The position numbers and the translations under genes were made by a program. The notes below the pieces were generated by a model. It did not search any database. It was given only the letters and a program-made list of their open reading frames with translations, and had not been told where the DNA came from. This document shows, piece by piece, positions 34,121 through 45,231 of a stretch of 64,000 nt of DNA. Numbering within the stretch: position 1 is the stretch's first letter; every line of letters begins with the position of its first letter. The stretch is from Minutocellus sp. GHC0000111 (lineage: Eukaryota). Location: positions 3,286,001 to 3,350,000 of the forward strand of contig OZ361256.1 in assembly GCA_977018835.1 (NCBI GenBank), in the 5' to 3' direction.

Positions 34121-34314
34121 AGTTCATGCTGTCTGTAGCCTGGCGTGATCAACGAACGATACGAACGATCTATAGACCGACGTTGTTTACGTCCTTTTGA
34201 CATGTTCTGACGATATTGTGCCCACAATATCGTCATTACTACGCAGCGGTGATACACGGTGATACGGTGATCAGATCACGTGTGCAGGAATCACTCATCA
34301 GAAAGCAGCCAACT

Positions 34315-35211
34315 ATGAAGCTCTCCAAGGCGACCGAACACCTCCAATCTCTTCCTTGCTCTCCCATCTTCAAGAAGGGCGCAGAGTCAACGACTATGGA
34401 GTCCCACCAAGTGCCGGTTGATGGATACCAACCACCCCCCCGCCCCTCCCTCCCCGTAAATCCAACGCACGGGGACGAGCTCCGATCTGCCTGTAATGCC
34501 TCGACAGGCACTGCGGCTACGGGTAGCGTTACGGTCTCCACCATTTCCAAGGAGATCAACGAGTTGACCATGTACGACAGTGACAGCGAAGCCTCTGACG
34601 GCGACGCCAACGACGTTTCCAGAGCGTACGACCATTCCTTCGTTGCTGACGGCCTCGGAGCGGAGGACGAGAAGCGCCATCCTCGGTCAGACGACGACTA
34701 CGAACGTGAGGTTCACAAGATGGCATCGACTCTCAGGAGCGTAGACGGCAAGGCGAACATACTCGTCGATGGCCAGAAAAAAGGGCATGAAAAGCTTGAT
34801 GCCATCTCCACTCAGCAGTCCAAGGACAGCGAGACCCTGGGCAGCGTGAAGGAGGGCGTGGATAAACTTCTCGAGCGCCTGGACGAAAACGAGCCTACCT
34901 ACAAGGCCCAGCTTGAGAAGGAGAAGGCTTTGCGTAGGAAAGAAACTGCCAAGCGCTTGAACGCAGAGAAGAAGGCAGAGACTCTCGAGGAGCAGCTGGC
35001 CAAGGCGAGGAATGGCAAGGCTCAGCTCAACAAAAAGCCCTCTGCTGTCCTCTCCGACCAGACCAATGCTGAGAGCAACGCGCCTCTCTCCAAGGTCCAG
35101 ATGAAGGCCGAGACCAACCACCAGGTTCGCCTCCAGCCCGAGACCCAGAAGAAGGCCGCCATCAAGAGGAGCAAGAGGGGACGTACTCTCTTTGGTGGCG
35201 AGGGCTTCTAA
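34315..35211 (+). CDS. Orphan coiled-coil, basic-tailed protein
   Basis: Intact ORF with visibly G/C-ending codon bias and a heptad-rich K/E region, divergent from the 34120 gene. Confidence 0.7.
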   Translation: MKLSKATEHLQSLPCSPIFKKGAESTTMESHQVPVDGYQPPPRPSLPVNPTHGDELRSACNASTGTAATGSVTVSTISKEINELTMYDSDSEASDGDANDVSRAYDHSFVADGLGAEDEKRHPRSDDDYEREVHKMASTLRSVDGKANILVDGQKKGHEKLDAISTQQSKDSETLGSVKEGVDKLLERLDENEPTYKAQLEKEKALRRKETAKRLNAEKKAETLEEQLAKARNGKAQLNKKPSAVLSDQTNAESNAPLSKVQMKAETNHQVRLQPETQKKAAIKRSKRGRTLFGGEGF

Positions 35212-35334
35212 GCGACAGGAAGAGAGCAGTACTTGGGTCGTCAGATTTAGATAGCTTACCTCATAACTACGTAGCATGCATCGCAACCGGCAATATGTAC
35301 TTACTATAGCATCCTTCTCTCCCGACCCAGAGCT

Positions 35335-36279
35335 CTATTCATCAACCTTGGTCGCAGGAGCAGCAGTCGGCTCCTGCCAATCAAGTGCTTCCTTGACATA
35401 CTTGAATCCCAGTCCACCCAACGCTGCCACCGTCGCACCGGCACCAACCTGCCAGGGAAAGTTGGGCATATATCCCACACCCCGTGCCATCAGACTGGCC
35501 GTCAGCGGTATGCTCCCCACCATGAGCAGCTCGGCGTTAATCAGACTCGTCATCCTGGCCGCCAACTCTTCTGACATGGGTACCAAGTTGCCATTCCGTT
35601 TGGCCACACTCCGTTGAATAATCTTGGTCGTTGGGAAGAAACTCACGGCGCCAAATATCGCCACAAAGAAGGTCTTGAGCCAAAAGATGGGTTCGTGCGC
35701 GTAGTAGTGAAATCCTTTTCCCCAGTCGGCGGTTGCGCGAATATATCCCGTGTAAGCTAACAACGCCCCGCTAAGACCTAGGGTGGTATCAGCGATTGCC
35801 AATCTGTCCTCCTCCTCGTCGGACATGTTGGCCTTGACAGTTAGGCGTTCGGTGACCAGACATCCCACAATGACAAAGAGGGAGAGGTAGTGCCCGTAGG
35901 CGGCAAAGGCCGAGGCCAGTTGACCTCCACCACTGGAACTAGTATCGGCAGCGTTGGCCTCGAGGGGCAGCAGGGCCACGGCAAGCGGTGCCACGATGGT
36001 CAGTTTGTTTTGCACCAAATGAGATAGCGTCTCGTCGTCACTACTGGCGTCGAGGAGGAAGTCGCCATCGAACGATCCAATCCTACTGCTGCCCTGGACA
36101 TCGGCCTCGTCGTTGAAGCTACTGGCCCAAAGTGACACGTTGTTCTTCCTCGATGACACTGGCACATTATGTGCCGGAAAAGATGCGCTGGAAATCGAAA
36201 GCGACGACGACACCGGGGCGAAAGCATATGCACCGCCGAAGGCGGAGAGGCAGAGGACGATGCTTGACGAGAGCTTCAT
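35335..36279 (-). CDS. Plastid-targeted DUF2214-like membrane protein
   Basis: Signal peptide + AYA-FAP. Motifs AYGHYLS, LAIADTTLG, KGFHYYAHEPIFWLK, SFFPT and ASLMARGVG. Confidence 0.8.
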   Translation of the reverse strand: MKLSSSIVLCLSAFGGAYAFAPVSSSLSISSASFPAHNVPVSSRKNNVSLWASSFNDEADVQGSSRIGSFDGDFLLDASSDDETLSHLVQNKLTIVAPLAVALLPLEANAADTSSSGGGQLASAFAAYGHYLSLFVIVGCLVTERLTVKANMSDEEEDRLAIADTTLGLSGALLAYTGYIRATADWGKGFHYYAHEPIFWLKTFFVAIFGAVSFFPTTKIIQRSVAKRNGNLVPMSEELAARMTSLINAELLMVGSIPLTASLMARGVGYMPNFPWQVGAGATVAALGGLGFKYVKEALDWQEPTAAPATKVDE

Positions 36280-36478
36280 GGCTTGCCGTCTATGTAACTA
36301 ACTAAGCGGTATCTGGTATCGAGAGAGGCGGGTATCTTTGAAGTCGATCATTGAGTGACGTTTCATTTTCGTCTTTCCGTCCGTCCGGCAGCCCAACCAA
36401 ACAACGCCGCCGGCGATGTGCTGCGCCAATGCGATCGTCATATCATGTGACTCACTCATTCTTGCGAAAGTAGGAACA

Positions 36479-37836
36479 ATGACGAAAGCCCCAGCCGCCT
36501 TTGCCGCAGACGCCCCCAAGGCCAAGTCCAACGCTTGCCGGCCCATCGATATATGCGTCTTTGGGTGCACAGGAAATGCCGGTCGGGCCGTGGCCTTTCA
36601 TGCCGTGCGATGTGCTCAGCTCAACACCAACAAGCAGCTGACCATCGGCCTCGCTGGACGGTCGCAGCCCAAGGTCCAGTCGGTGCTCGATGGGATATTG
36701 GCCGAATTATCGATCCAACCGGATGAAGTTTTGTATGAGATTGTAATTGCGGATATCAATGATGACGCGTCGATGCTGGCCATGGCGAAAAAGTCTTCTG
36801 TGGTGATTGGATGTGCTGGCCCTTATGGAAGGTATGGCGAGGCCACCGTCAGGGCCTGCGTGGAGGGTGGCGCACATTATGTGGACATTACCGGCGAGGT
36901 GCCGTGGGTGGAGCGGATGATTACCGATTATGATGAAAAGGCCAAGGCCAATGGAGTTACGCTCCTACCATTCGCTGGATATGATTGCATTCCAGCCGAG
37001 TTGGGATTTTATTTGGCCGGAAAGGCGTTGGAAGTCTCCGGCAAGGACGACAATGCCGTGCTGGGGCAGATCAATCTAGCCTTTCGCAACAAAGGTGGTG
37101 GATTCCCGAGGGGCACACTCAACACCATCCTGGATAGCCTCGACGGCGTGGCACCCAGCCGTCGGCCTCATGACAAATACTTTTATTCAGCCGAGTACCG
37201 ACACACCGCCAAGGCGGCATTAGCACCATCGACCTTCCTCCTGCCGCAGTGGTCATCGGCAGCAAGACAGTACACCGGTCCCAATTTCATGGCCGGGATC
37301 AACGTCCCGATTCTTTGCCGCGCTGCACCTCAAATGGGCTTTGACAACAAAAATTTGGTGATATCGGACAAATCTGTTGTAAGCGGGAAGCCTTCCCTAT
37401 TGAACGGATACGGTCTGATCTCCACTCAGCTCTACATTTCGGCGCTCGTCGTGAGTGGCATTGCTCTGGTTTTGCCCCCTGTCCGATGGTGGCTGTGTCG
37501 CAAATTGCAATCTTCTTACAGCTACGCGGAGATTCTACCGGCCAGATGATTGCACAAGCCGAGGCAGTTTGTGCCAAAGACAGTCAACGAACTGCCACGG
37601 CCAAGCTGACTGTCCCTGGGGATGCTGGAATTTATGCCACCGGACTCTTTGCTGCGGCAACGGCCAATGCATTGCTGGAGGCAACTCAGAGTGCCAACCT
37701 CCCCCCGGCTGGATTCCATACACCCGTGGCTGCTCTTCATTTGAATCCTGGTCTGTTGGTTGGTAGCTTAAACAATCTGGGCGCAACTGTATTAGTCAAA
37801 GGCGTCGACGGCCAGCCCATCAGATCCAAGCTGTAG
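36479..37836 (+). pseudogene. Saccharopine-dehydrogenase-like oxidoreductase (SCCPDH-like), frameshifted
   Basis: FGCTGNAG, AGRS, CAGPYGRYGE, HYVDITGE and GYDCIPAE. Shift near 37525 into ORF 37486-37836 (GDAGIYAT, GFHTP). Confidence 0.8.
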
Positions 37837-37909
37837 AATATCACAACCTTTTATTTTAGAGATAAATTTAGAAGCTATGCAAGCTAGCTAGCTAGAGTTC
37901 ATTCCTACC

Positions 37910-38884
37910 TTACTCTTGTTGATAGGGTTCGTCAGGGATATCTTCGAGCTTGTGGAGCAGTCGTATCGCAGGGCTGTCGCGCTGTAGGCTCGCCACCTCA
38001 AACAGTTCCGCAATTCCCAGCCATTCTAATGGCCGCTGAACGTTCATGTCGATGAACCTCCTCAGATCATCGATGTCATGGTCTGGCAATATGATCACTG
38101 AGCCGGTGTCCACCTCATCGGCCCGTCGCAATTCGGCAATCTCTGACCAACATGTGGCAAATAGAGTCTTGTGCGAATCGATGCACCCAGCCTTGATGTC
38201 GGGCAGCACATGGAAGCGACCAATCCGTAGCATCCGTCGGCCCTCTTCGATGAAATGCAGATCGTTGGCATCGGCCTCCTTGCTGTCGCTGACCGGTATC
38301 TCCACCAATGCCCTCTGCACATCGTCCAGAAATCTTGCCACATACGTCATGGCCTGCTCGTTCCCCGTCGGAATGGCATCCAGCTGTTTCCACGGTGTTT
38401 CCTGGCCAAACGTAATGGGCGACCCATGTGGTTCGTTACCAGCCAAAAAGTCCATGGCTGGAACCGACGCCGACGTGGCCATGCATCGGAACAGCGGGGC
38501 AAATTCCTCGTTGGCACTGAAAAAGGAGTTCATGGCCGCCTCGACGTCGATGGTCACGTCCAGCGGTGCCGATGCCGATCGACCATAGGTCTTTTCGATG
38601 CCAGCGTCGAGGAATGCAGCCCCCTTCTTCTTTTTGTTGTTATTGCCACCATTCCCACTGCCCCTCTTTCCGGCTGGCTTGCCAAAGCCGGCATGGAGGG
38701 CTGACGATGACGTTGACGACGATGAGCGGCACGGGGTTGTGCCGGCGGCTTGTGTTCCAGAGCCGCCGTTGAGATTTCGCGCCGAATGAGACGCGGCAAA
38801 ACTCGATACAGATTGGAAAGATTCTACTTGAGACAGAGAGATCATACATGCCGCGAACGCGGCGGCTGCAGACGGTCGTACCAT
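37910..38884 (-). CDS. Plastid-targeted hypothetical protein
   Basis: Signal peptide + VES-F, S-rich transit peptide and AGFGK motif. Intact 324 aa. Confidence 0.7.
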   Translation of the reverse strand: MVRPSAAAAFAACMISLSQVESFQSVSSFAASHSARNLNGGSGTQAAGTTPCRSSSSTSSSALHAGFGKPAGKRGSGNGGNNNKKKKGAAFLDAGIEKTYGRSASAPLDVTIDVEAAMNSFFSANEEFAPLFRCMATSASVPAMDFLAGNEPHGSPITFGQETPWKQLDAIPTGNEQAMTYVARFLDDVQRALVEIPVSDSKEADANDLHFIEEGRRMLRIGRFHVLPDIKAGCIDSHKTLFATCWSEIAELRRADEVDTGSVIILPDHDIDDLRRFIDMNVQRPLEWLGIAELFEVASLQRDSPAIRLLHKLEDIPDEPYQQE

Positions 38885-39271
38885 GGTGGCTGGATGGCGA
38901 TTATTGCCAATGGCGGGTCTAGCTACTAGTAGTAGTCAGAGAGGTCTGCTGCGTCCATGTGTTGGTGCGTCGCATTTTTCCAACAGAAAAAAAACGAAGT
39001 CCCGCGATCGCGATGCTCCAGTATCTCGCTCGAATGCAGACACAAGATGTGGCGATGAAGACCAGCGGCGAGAGGATACGCCGATATCGCCGCGATAGTG
39101 AATAGTACACAATTCAAGCTCTTCATCTACAGTCATCTCGGGAGTTGCTGCCATATTGTATTTCCAACGTTTCGATTTCCAGCACACATCGTGCTCCACC
39201 CAGACGAGGCGAGAAGGTCTGGAAACGCCCTCCTCGGCGAGGTGAATTCCATCCTCAACTCCAGCGAAAGA

Positions 39272-41154
39272 ATGGCGGAGGATGGCACCTTCCTCGGCTG
39301 CGACGTTGTTCAAGCGTGCGTGTCCGATGCCAACGATGACTACGCAGATGATGCGACGTGGGTCCTAACGTCGTCGTTTGTCATCTTGACGATGCAGAGT
39401 GGTTTTGGCTTGCTGGAAATGGGATCGTCCATGCCGGGGTTTGAAGTGAATATCATGTGGACGTAGTATTTGGAGCCCTGGCCTACTGGCTGGTCGGATA
39501 TGGACTGAGTTACGGTCGGCCGTCCAATCCCTTTTGCGGAATGGGAGATTTCTGTCCCAACGACCCCTATAGTACGACAGAGGCTGGGTTGATGTACTCG
39601 CAGTACATCTTCCAATTCTCATTTGCGGCGACGGCAACCACAATTGTGAGCGGAGCGATTGCCATGCGGATGAAGTTTGGCGTTTATGTGGTCTACTCGT
39701 CCTATGCGGTCATAATATATGCCTTTGTTGCGCATTGGATTTGGGCAGAGGATGGCTGGCTCAACACACTGGGGGTGCACGACTTTGCCGGAGGAGGGCC
39801 AGTGCATTTGCTCGGCGGGATGAACGGATTGATCGCCATCCTGTTTATCGGTCCAAGAACGGGGTACTTCAAAAGACGACGCAATCGGCAAGACTTTGCA
39901 CCGGCATCTCCGGCCTCAACTCTATTCGGACTATTTATGCTATGGTGGGGTTGGATCGGCTTCAACTGCGGATCAACCTTTGGTATTACCGGGAGCAAAT
40001 GGCTTGTTGCAACGAGAGCTGCCATCATCACCATCAATGCATCGGCCGCGGGGGGAGCAACCGCACTTTTTTATACTTTACGGAAAACCAAGGGCAAGCA
40101 AGTTCGAGTCCATCACATTGTGAACGGTATTCTTGGCGCCTTGGTTGCCACAAGTCCTACATGTGCTGTCGTTCACACGTGGGAAGCACTGATTATTGGG
40201 TCCATTGGCGCAATCGTTTCGAACTTGGGGAACACATTAGTCAAACGATCTCGAATAGACGACCCGGTGGGTGCGGTCGGTGTCCACATGGGAGGTGCCA
40301 TCTGGGGACTTGTTGCGGTTGGTCTATTTGCCGATGGCGACATGCCGGGTTTAGATGTAATGAATGGCTTGTTCCGTGGCGGTGGCTTCAAATTGCTCGG
40401 CCTTCAGATCCTTGCCATCGTCTCCATTATTGCCTGGTCTGTTGTAACAATTACGCCCTTCTACTATTTCCTCGGGGTTTATTTGTCAAAGGGTGAATGA
40501 CGAAATCCAAGGATAGGCCTTCGTCTGTCGGAAGAGCACGAAATGGAGGGCGAAGATAAAATTTTACACGGGATCGACCTTCCGTATGATTCCTCCATTC
40601 GATTTTCATCTGGGCCGGAAGACTCGTCCGAGGATAACGATGACGATGACTTCAATAGCCAAGTGAGCGGAACAGTATCCGCAGGCGGCAGTCCCAAGGT
40701 ATCTCCAACTCAACACCGCACATGGCCACCGACGGACGAATTGAAGGATAATATTGTGCCCGCAAACCACGCCGCTCCTCAGCGAAGAGAAAGAAAAAGC
40801 GTCATCATGGGCTTACCAACCAGAGAGGGCCATGACACTGCTGCCGCAGCGCGCCATGTTCAAGCACTGCATTTGGAAGGAGCTAGCAGTCGATCGTTGC
40901 CTGCCACCATTGAAGCATCCTTCCGTGACGAAGAAAAGGCAGACTTGCACGCAATTATATCAGAAGGAGTAGGGAAAGAAGAAGAAGAAACAGCACCAAA
41001 AGAAAGCGTCGAAATGAGCGGTGGGCTAGCGAGGGTGTCGTCGTCGGTGGCCTTTTCTGGAATTCCCGAGGTCGATAAGCCTCCGAGTAAACGGCGCATG
41101 ATGATGATGAAACGCCAGGCATCGAGCCGGCGGGGTATTGGTGGCATGATGTAG
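39272..41154 (+). pseudogene. AMT1: Ammonium transporter AMT1 family, disabled
   Basis: MQSGFGLLE, FQFSFAAT, DFAGGGPVH, WIGFNCGS and DDPVGAVGVH. A frameshifting deletion near 39457 removes the expected (M/L)KN motif. In-frame TGA at 40498-40500 precedes RNPRIGLR. Confidence 0.88.
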
Positions 41155-41283
41155 CAAACTATGGTAGTAGCTACCAGTAGAAAGATAGTCTTGAGGTCCC
41201 AGCTATTTTTAGTATTATATCGCATGTCTCGCTATCCCTGAAAGGCTATCTTTGCTTCGAAGGGTTCATTCCGGCATCTCCTT

Positions 41284-42710
41284 CTAATAATCCTCTTCAT
41301 CACCAAAGTCGAAGACTTCACCATTCATGTCCTCGTACGCCCAGTACCCTTCGGGATATCGCTTATTCCATTTGATCCTCCCAGTGATGATGGATTCACT
41401 CGGGGAAACAACAAACTTATCTTTGGGCAAGTTCACTTCCAGCTCTTTACGGAGGGTATTGACAGTGTCTTGTACGATGAACATTTTGCCGCACAGAGTG
41501 CCAAAGCGAAACGGCCCCATGTAGTCCTTTTGTTCTTCGAGGGCGTCATAGAAGGCAGCAACAAAGAACTGAGAATCAATAGAACCGCCATATTTCTGCT
41601 TCAACTCAATCATGAGGTCCAACTTAGCCCTAGGAATGGAAAGAGCACACGCGCAGTGCGATCGCTTCTGGGCAGGCCTGGCATAACCGTCGTTCATGCC
41701 ATTTTGACCTGGGACGATAGGCTCTCCTTCCTCGGTGCACGCAACTTCGGTCAAGTAGAAATGACTTTTGTGGCCAATATCTTCAATGACTGCAGTGATG
41801 TGAGAAGGGTCACGCATAAACTCAAGACCACCAGGACGCTTGCCGATACAAGAGAGATGGCATCCTTGTCCAAACAGATTTTGTCTAGAGATTCCGAACT
41901 GGCAACGGGGAGCAACATGCGGGAGGGGAGAGAGTCACATAGCATTCGACAATAGTGACAAGGACTCTTGGCACTTCCGGCAGTCCCAGAATTGCAGCAG
42001 AAGGCAGCGGCATTCCCAACCCATTCTCCCCAGGTGAGGTCAACTTCATCGGGAATTTTCCCCCTAGCGTATCCGAAGAAGCATGCAGCGTCGACGACAG
42101 ACTTGACGCATCTGCTGTACTTATCAGGGAAGCGGTCGGAGCTGTAGCAGGTCTGAGTCATGGCGCACAGGCCCTCGATCTTCTGGCAGAGCGGGTCAGG
42201 GCGTTCGCTGGGACTCCTTGGGCCATCGGAAACTCTGATCAACCCCGGCAAGCATTGTGCGCCACCAAACCCAACCGCGTCCACCGTCTTGATTTTGGGC
42301 AGTCGACTGATCCACTCCGAAAGTAGGAGAATATTTTCTCCGATTTCTTCATCGATGGGCAAACTCTCACAAGCAATGCAGCCAGGATTTCCAGGGAGGC
42401 TCATGATGTAATCGTCCTCCTTATCATCCCAACAAGCAGCGGTAAGAGTCTCTACTCCGCATAGCTGACCGGGGCCGGGAACGAGGGTCAGCTCTTCTGG
42501 GCAAGAAATGTAAAGGCTCTTGACTTGCATTGCAGCCTTGGGCATAATTGCCAGGTTGGGATCATCCGATGTGATCAGCCCATGGATGTCACCGTAAGGC
42601 AACTTCTCCAGAATCTTGGACCAGAGCTCGGGCGTCAGATACGGGAGCACCGGATTCAAACGAGGACTGCTGCGACGGGCACGCTTGGTTTTGATAGGAA
42701 AGGAACTCAT
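41284..42710 (-). pseudogene. F-box-like hypothetical protein, frameshifted
   Basis: N-terminal LPYLTPELWSKILEKLPY. ORFs 41751-42710 and 41284-41817 overlap in different frames near 41830. Confidence 0.5.
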
Positions 42711-43074
42711 GTTGCGCGCTGGTTCAGATTACTTAAAAATACAGGACAACAATGATCAATATCTAGTCAAGGAAGGTGTTGGTTCCCTGTCGGTAGTGTG
42801 GTTTCAGGTTGCAAGATAGCAACCAAGATACCGGAACACAAGTTGAGATGTTGCTCTCACCTGCCAATTCAAATCCGGGTCTCTCTTTTCATACTTTCGA
42901 CTTGACGTGGCTTGATCTTGAAGAAGGCTCAGATTTCGGCCTGACTTGTGCTGCTTCGATCTGATCTTTCACTTTGCTGTCTTCAATCATCTGCTTCAAA
43001 CTCAACCACGCGACGCTTTCTCGGTTGACTTGTCATTTTTTGTTCTCAATTCCTAGAAACTACAACCAACAACA

Positions 43075-43883
43075 ATGAAGTGCACCATCCTCGCCTCCCT
43101 CATCGCCGGCGCCGCCGCATTTGCCCCTGCCCAGACTGGCCAGGCATCCACCACCGCTCTCTCGGCATCGTTCGAGAACGAGATCGGCGCCCAACCGCCC
43201 CTCGGGTTCTTTGACCCCCTCGGATACCTCGAGGGCGAGGACCAGGAGCGCTTCGAGCGACTTCGATGGGTTGAGCTCAAGGTGAGTAGATTCTCTTCTT
43301 GCTCTCTCTTCTCGTGTGAAATTGACAAACGTACTCGGCTCGAGTCACATGCGTGGGCTGTGTTCACATCTTCAAAGGAAGGGTTGTTTGTTCTACTTTC
43401 GCAACAAATTTATTTTTTTACAAGTCATTGTTCCTCACAATCACATGTTCTTCTCATTCTCACCAATCTCCACAAATACAGCACGGCCGTGTTGCCATGC
43501 TCGGTGTTGTTGGATACCTGACCACCTACGCTGGCGTTCGTTTCCCCGGTGCCGAGGACATTCCCGCCGGCTTTGCCGCCCTCCCCGCCGTCCCCGGCAT
43601 GGTTTGGGCTCAGTTCATCGCCACCGTCGCCCTCATGGAGGCCGCCAACCGCTCCCAGGAGGACACCGACGGCGTCAAGGCAGGGTGGAAGCCCGAGTTC
43701 CAGGGCGACTTCCGAAATGGCTTCATCGACTTCGGCTGGGACAAGCAGACCGACGAGTGGAAGAAGAACAAGCGCGCCATCGAGCTCAACCAGGGCCGTG
43801 CCGCCCAGATGGGACTCCTTGGCCTCATGGTCCACGACCAATTGGGCAATATTAAGACCATCCTTCCCCTTGGTCCTCAGTAA
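43075..43883 (+). CDS. Lhcf: Fucoxanthin-chlorophyll a/c light-harvesting protein (Lhcf type); exons 43075-43281 and 43482-43883
   Basis: AAA-FAP leader, GAQPPLGFFDPLG, VELK|HGRVAML split by a 200-nt GT-AG intron, and ELNQGRAAQMG. 202 aa. Confidence 0.95.
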
Positions 43884-43989
43884 GCACCGGGAGTTATACA
43901 AAAAGTGCCGAGATGCACTGTTATGCTTGAGTAGTCTAATATGCATATCGTAAACCATCTAAACATATGAATTATGATTGAATTCGCTT

Positions 43990-44928
43990 TTACGTCTTTT
44001 CTCTTCTGTTCCATTTTATCCCAAGCCGCACGGATCTGTGCGCAGCATAATACTGTTCGACCGCCTGCAAGCCCACTGCCATTTCATAATCCAACTTGAG
44101 TGCATCAATACCAGGGGTAAAGGATGTAAAGTCAATAAGGAACGGATCCTCCAACCCTTGTTGGGTGTTTAAGAGACCTTGCAATACAAGGAACGTGAAA
44201 CCAGCAAGTACGAGTGTAAAGGCGTAGGACCGTGCAAGCTGCTCCTCAAAGACCCAAGCAAAATATGGGCCAGTTAGCCAGGGCAATACAAAGATATAAA
44301 CACGGCCGAAACTGCGGGTGGCTTGTGGAGTACGATAATATTTCAGTAAAGTCCGCCCCAACTTTTGGAAGGGGTTGCGGGCATTGTGCAGCCATTCGTC
44401 GGCCTCCTCGCAGTAGAAGACGTTCTGACATTCGCGCAGGGTGGGGATCTTGACCCGGCGGAGGGATTCGGGCAGGTCGTTGGCCGATATGTTGGGCGAT
44501 AGGACGAGGCGACGGCCTTCGGTAAAGTCCTGGTATGGATCTTGGGCCAGGCGATGATTCTTCTTCATGTTCGCCGTCGGTGGTTGGGCACTCTCCATCA
44601 TGCGTTCCAGAAACGACTTTGGTGGCTGCGACGAGTCTGTCACGGGAGGAGATGGTATGGAAGGGGCCGAAGCCTGGACGGATCCAGCCACGTATTTTAG
44701 AGGGGGTCGAAAGAGTCCCTTGGGAGATGCAACTACTGCTGGTGAAGACGCTTCTCGTGGATTGGTTGCAGCAGCGGCGGAGGCATTAACTTCGTCGTCT
44801 TCTGATACCTCTTCCGCAACAAGAACATCAAAGAGCTCACGTCGAGTCTCCTGCGCAACCAGGTTGGGCCTTGGGCCATCCTCCTCGGGTGGTGGTAGCC
44901 TTTCTTCTGCTGATGAAAGAGCTGACAT
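43990..44928 (-). pseudogene. Bestrophin/UPF0187-related membrane protein, probably internally deleted
   Basis: C-terminal YRTPQATRSF...LPWLTGPYF...GLLNTQQGLEDPF is present. The N-terminal TM pair and cytosolic bundle expected before it are absent. Confidence 0.5.
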
Positions 44929-45231
44929 GTTTTTCCCACGGAGTTATGGCTTATCCTGATGAGCAGTAAAGGGTTTCTCGTTGATGGGGATAGCTTTTCC
45001 TTTGTGGGCATATCTTCACATCGATGTCGGCTGGTGTCGCTATCTTTGACCTGCCTCGAGAGCTCGAGAGGCCGTTCTCGTGTTCTCGTCGCCTCCGCCT
45101 GACGCCGAGAGCTTTTTGATCGCGGTTTGGTCTGCATACCCAAGTCGTCGTTCACAATACAGGTGCTTCCCTTTTATCATTTATTTCCCCTCCTTTCACC
45201 CCAATCCATTTCTCTCTCTCAAAACGCAACC

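Noticed and set aside
43282..43481. Introns as introner elements
   Set aside because: No TIRs, TSDs or mutual similarity were seen among the Lhcf, FtsH, GT8 and EF-hand introns.
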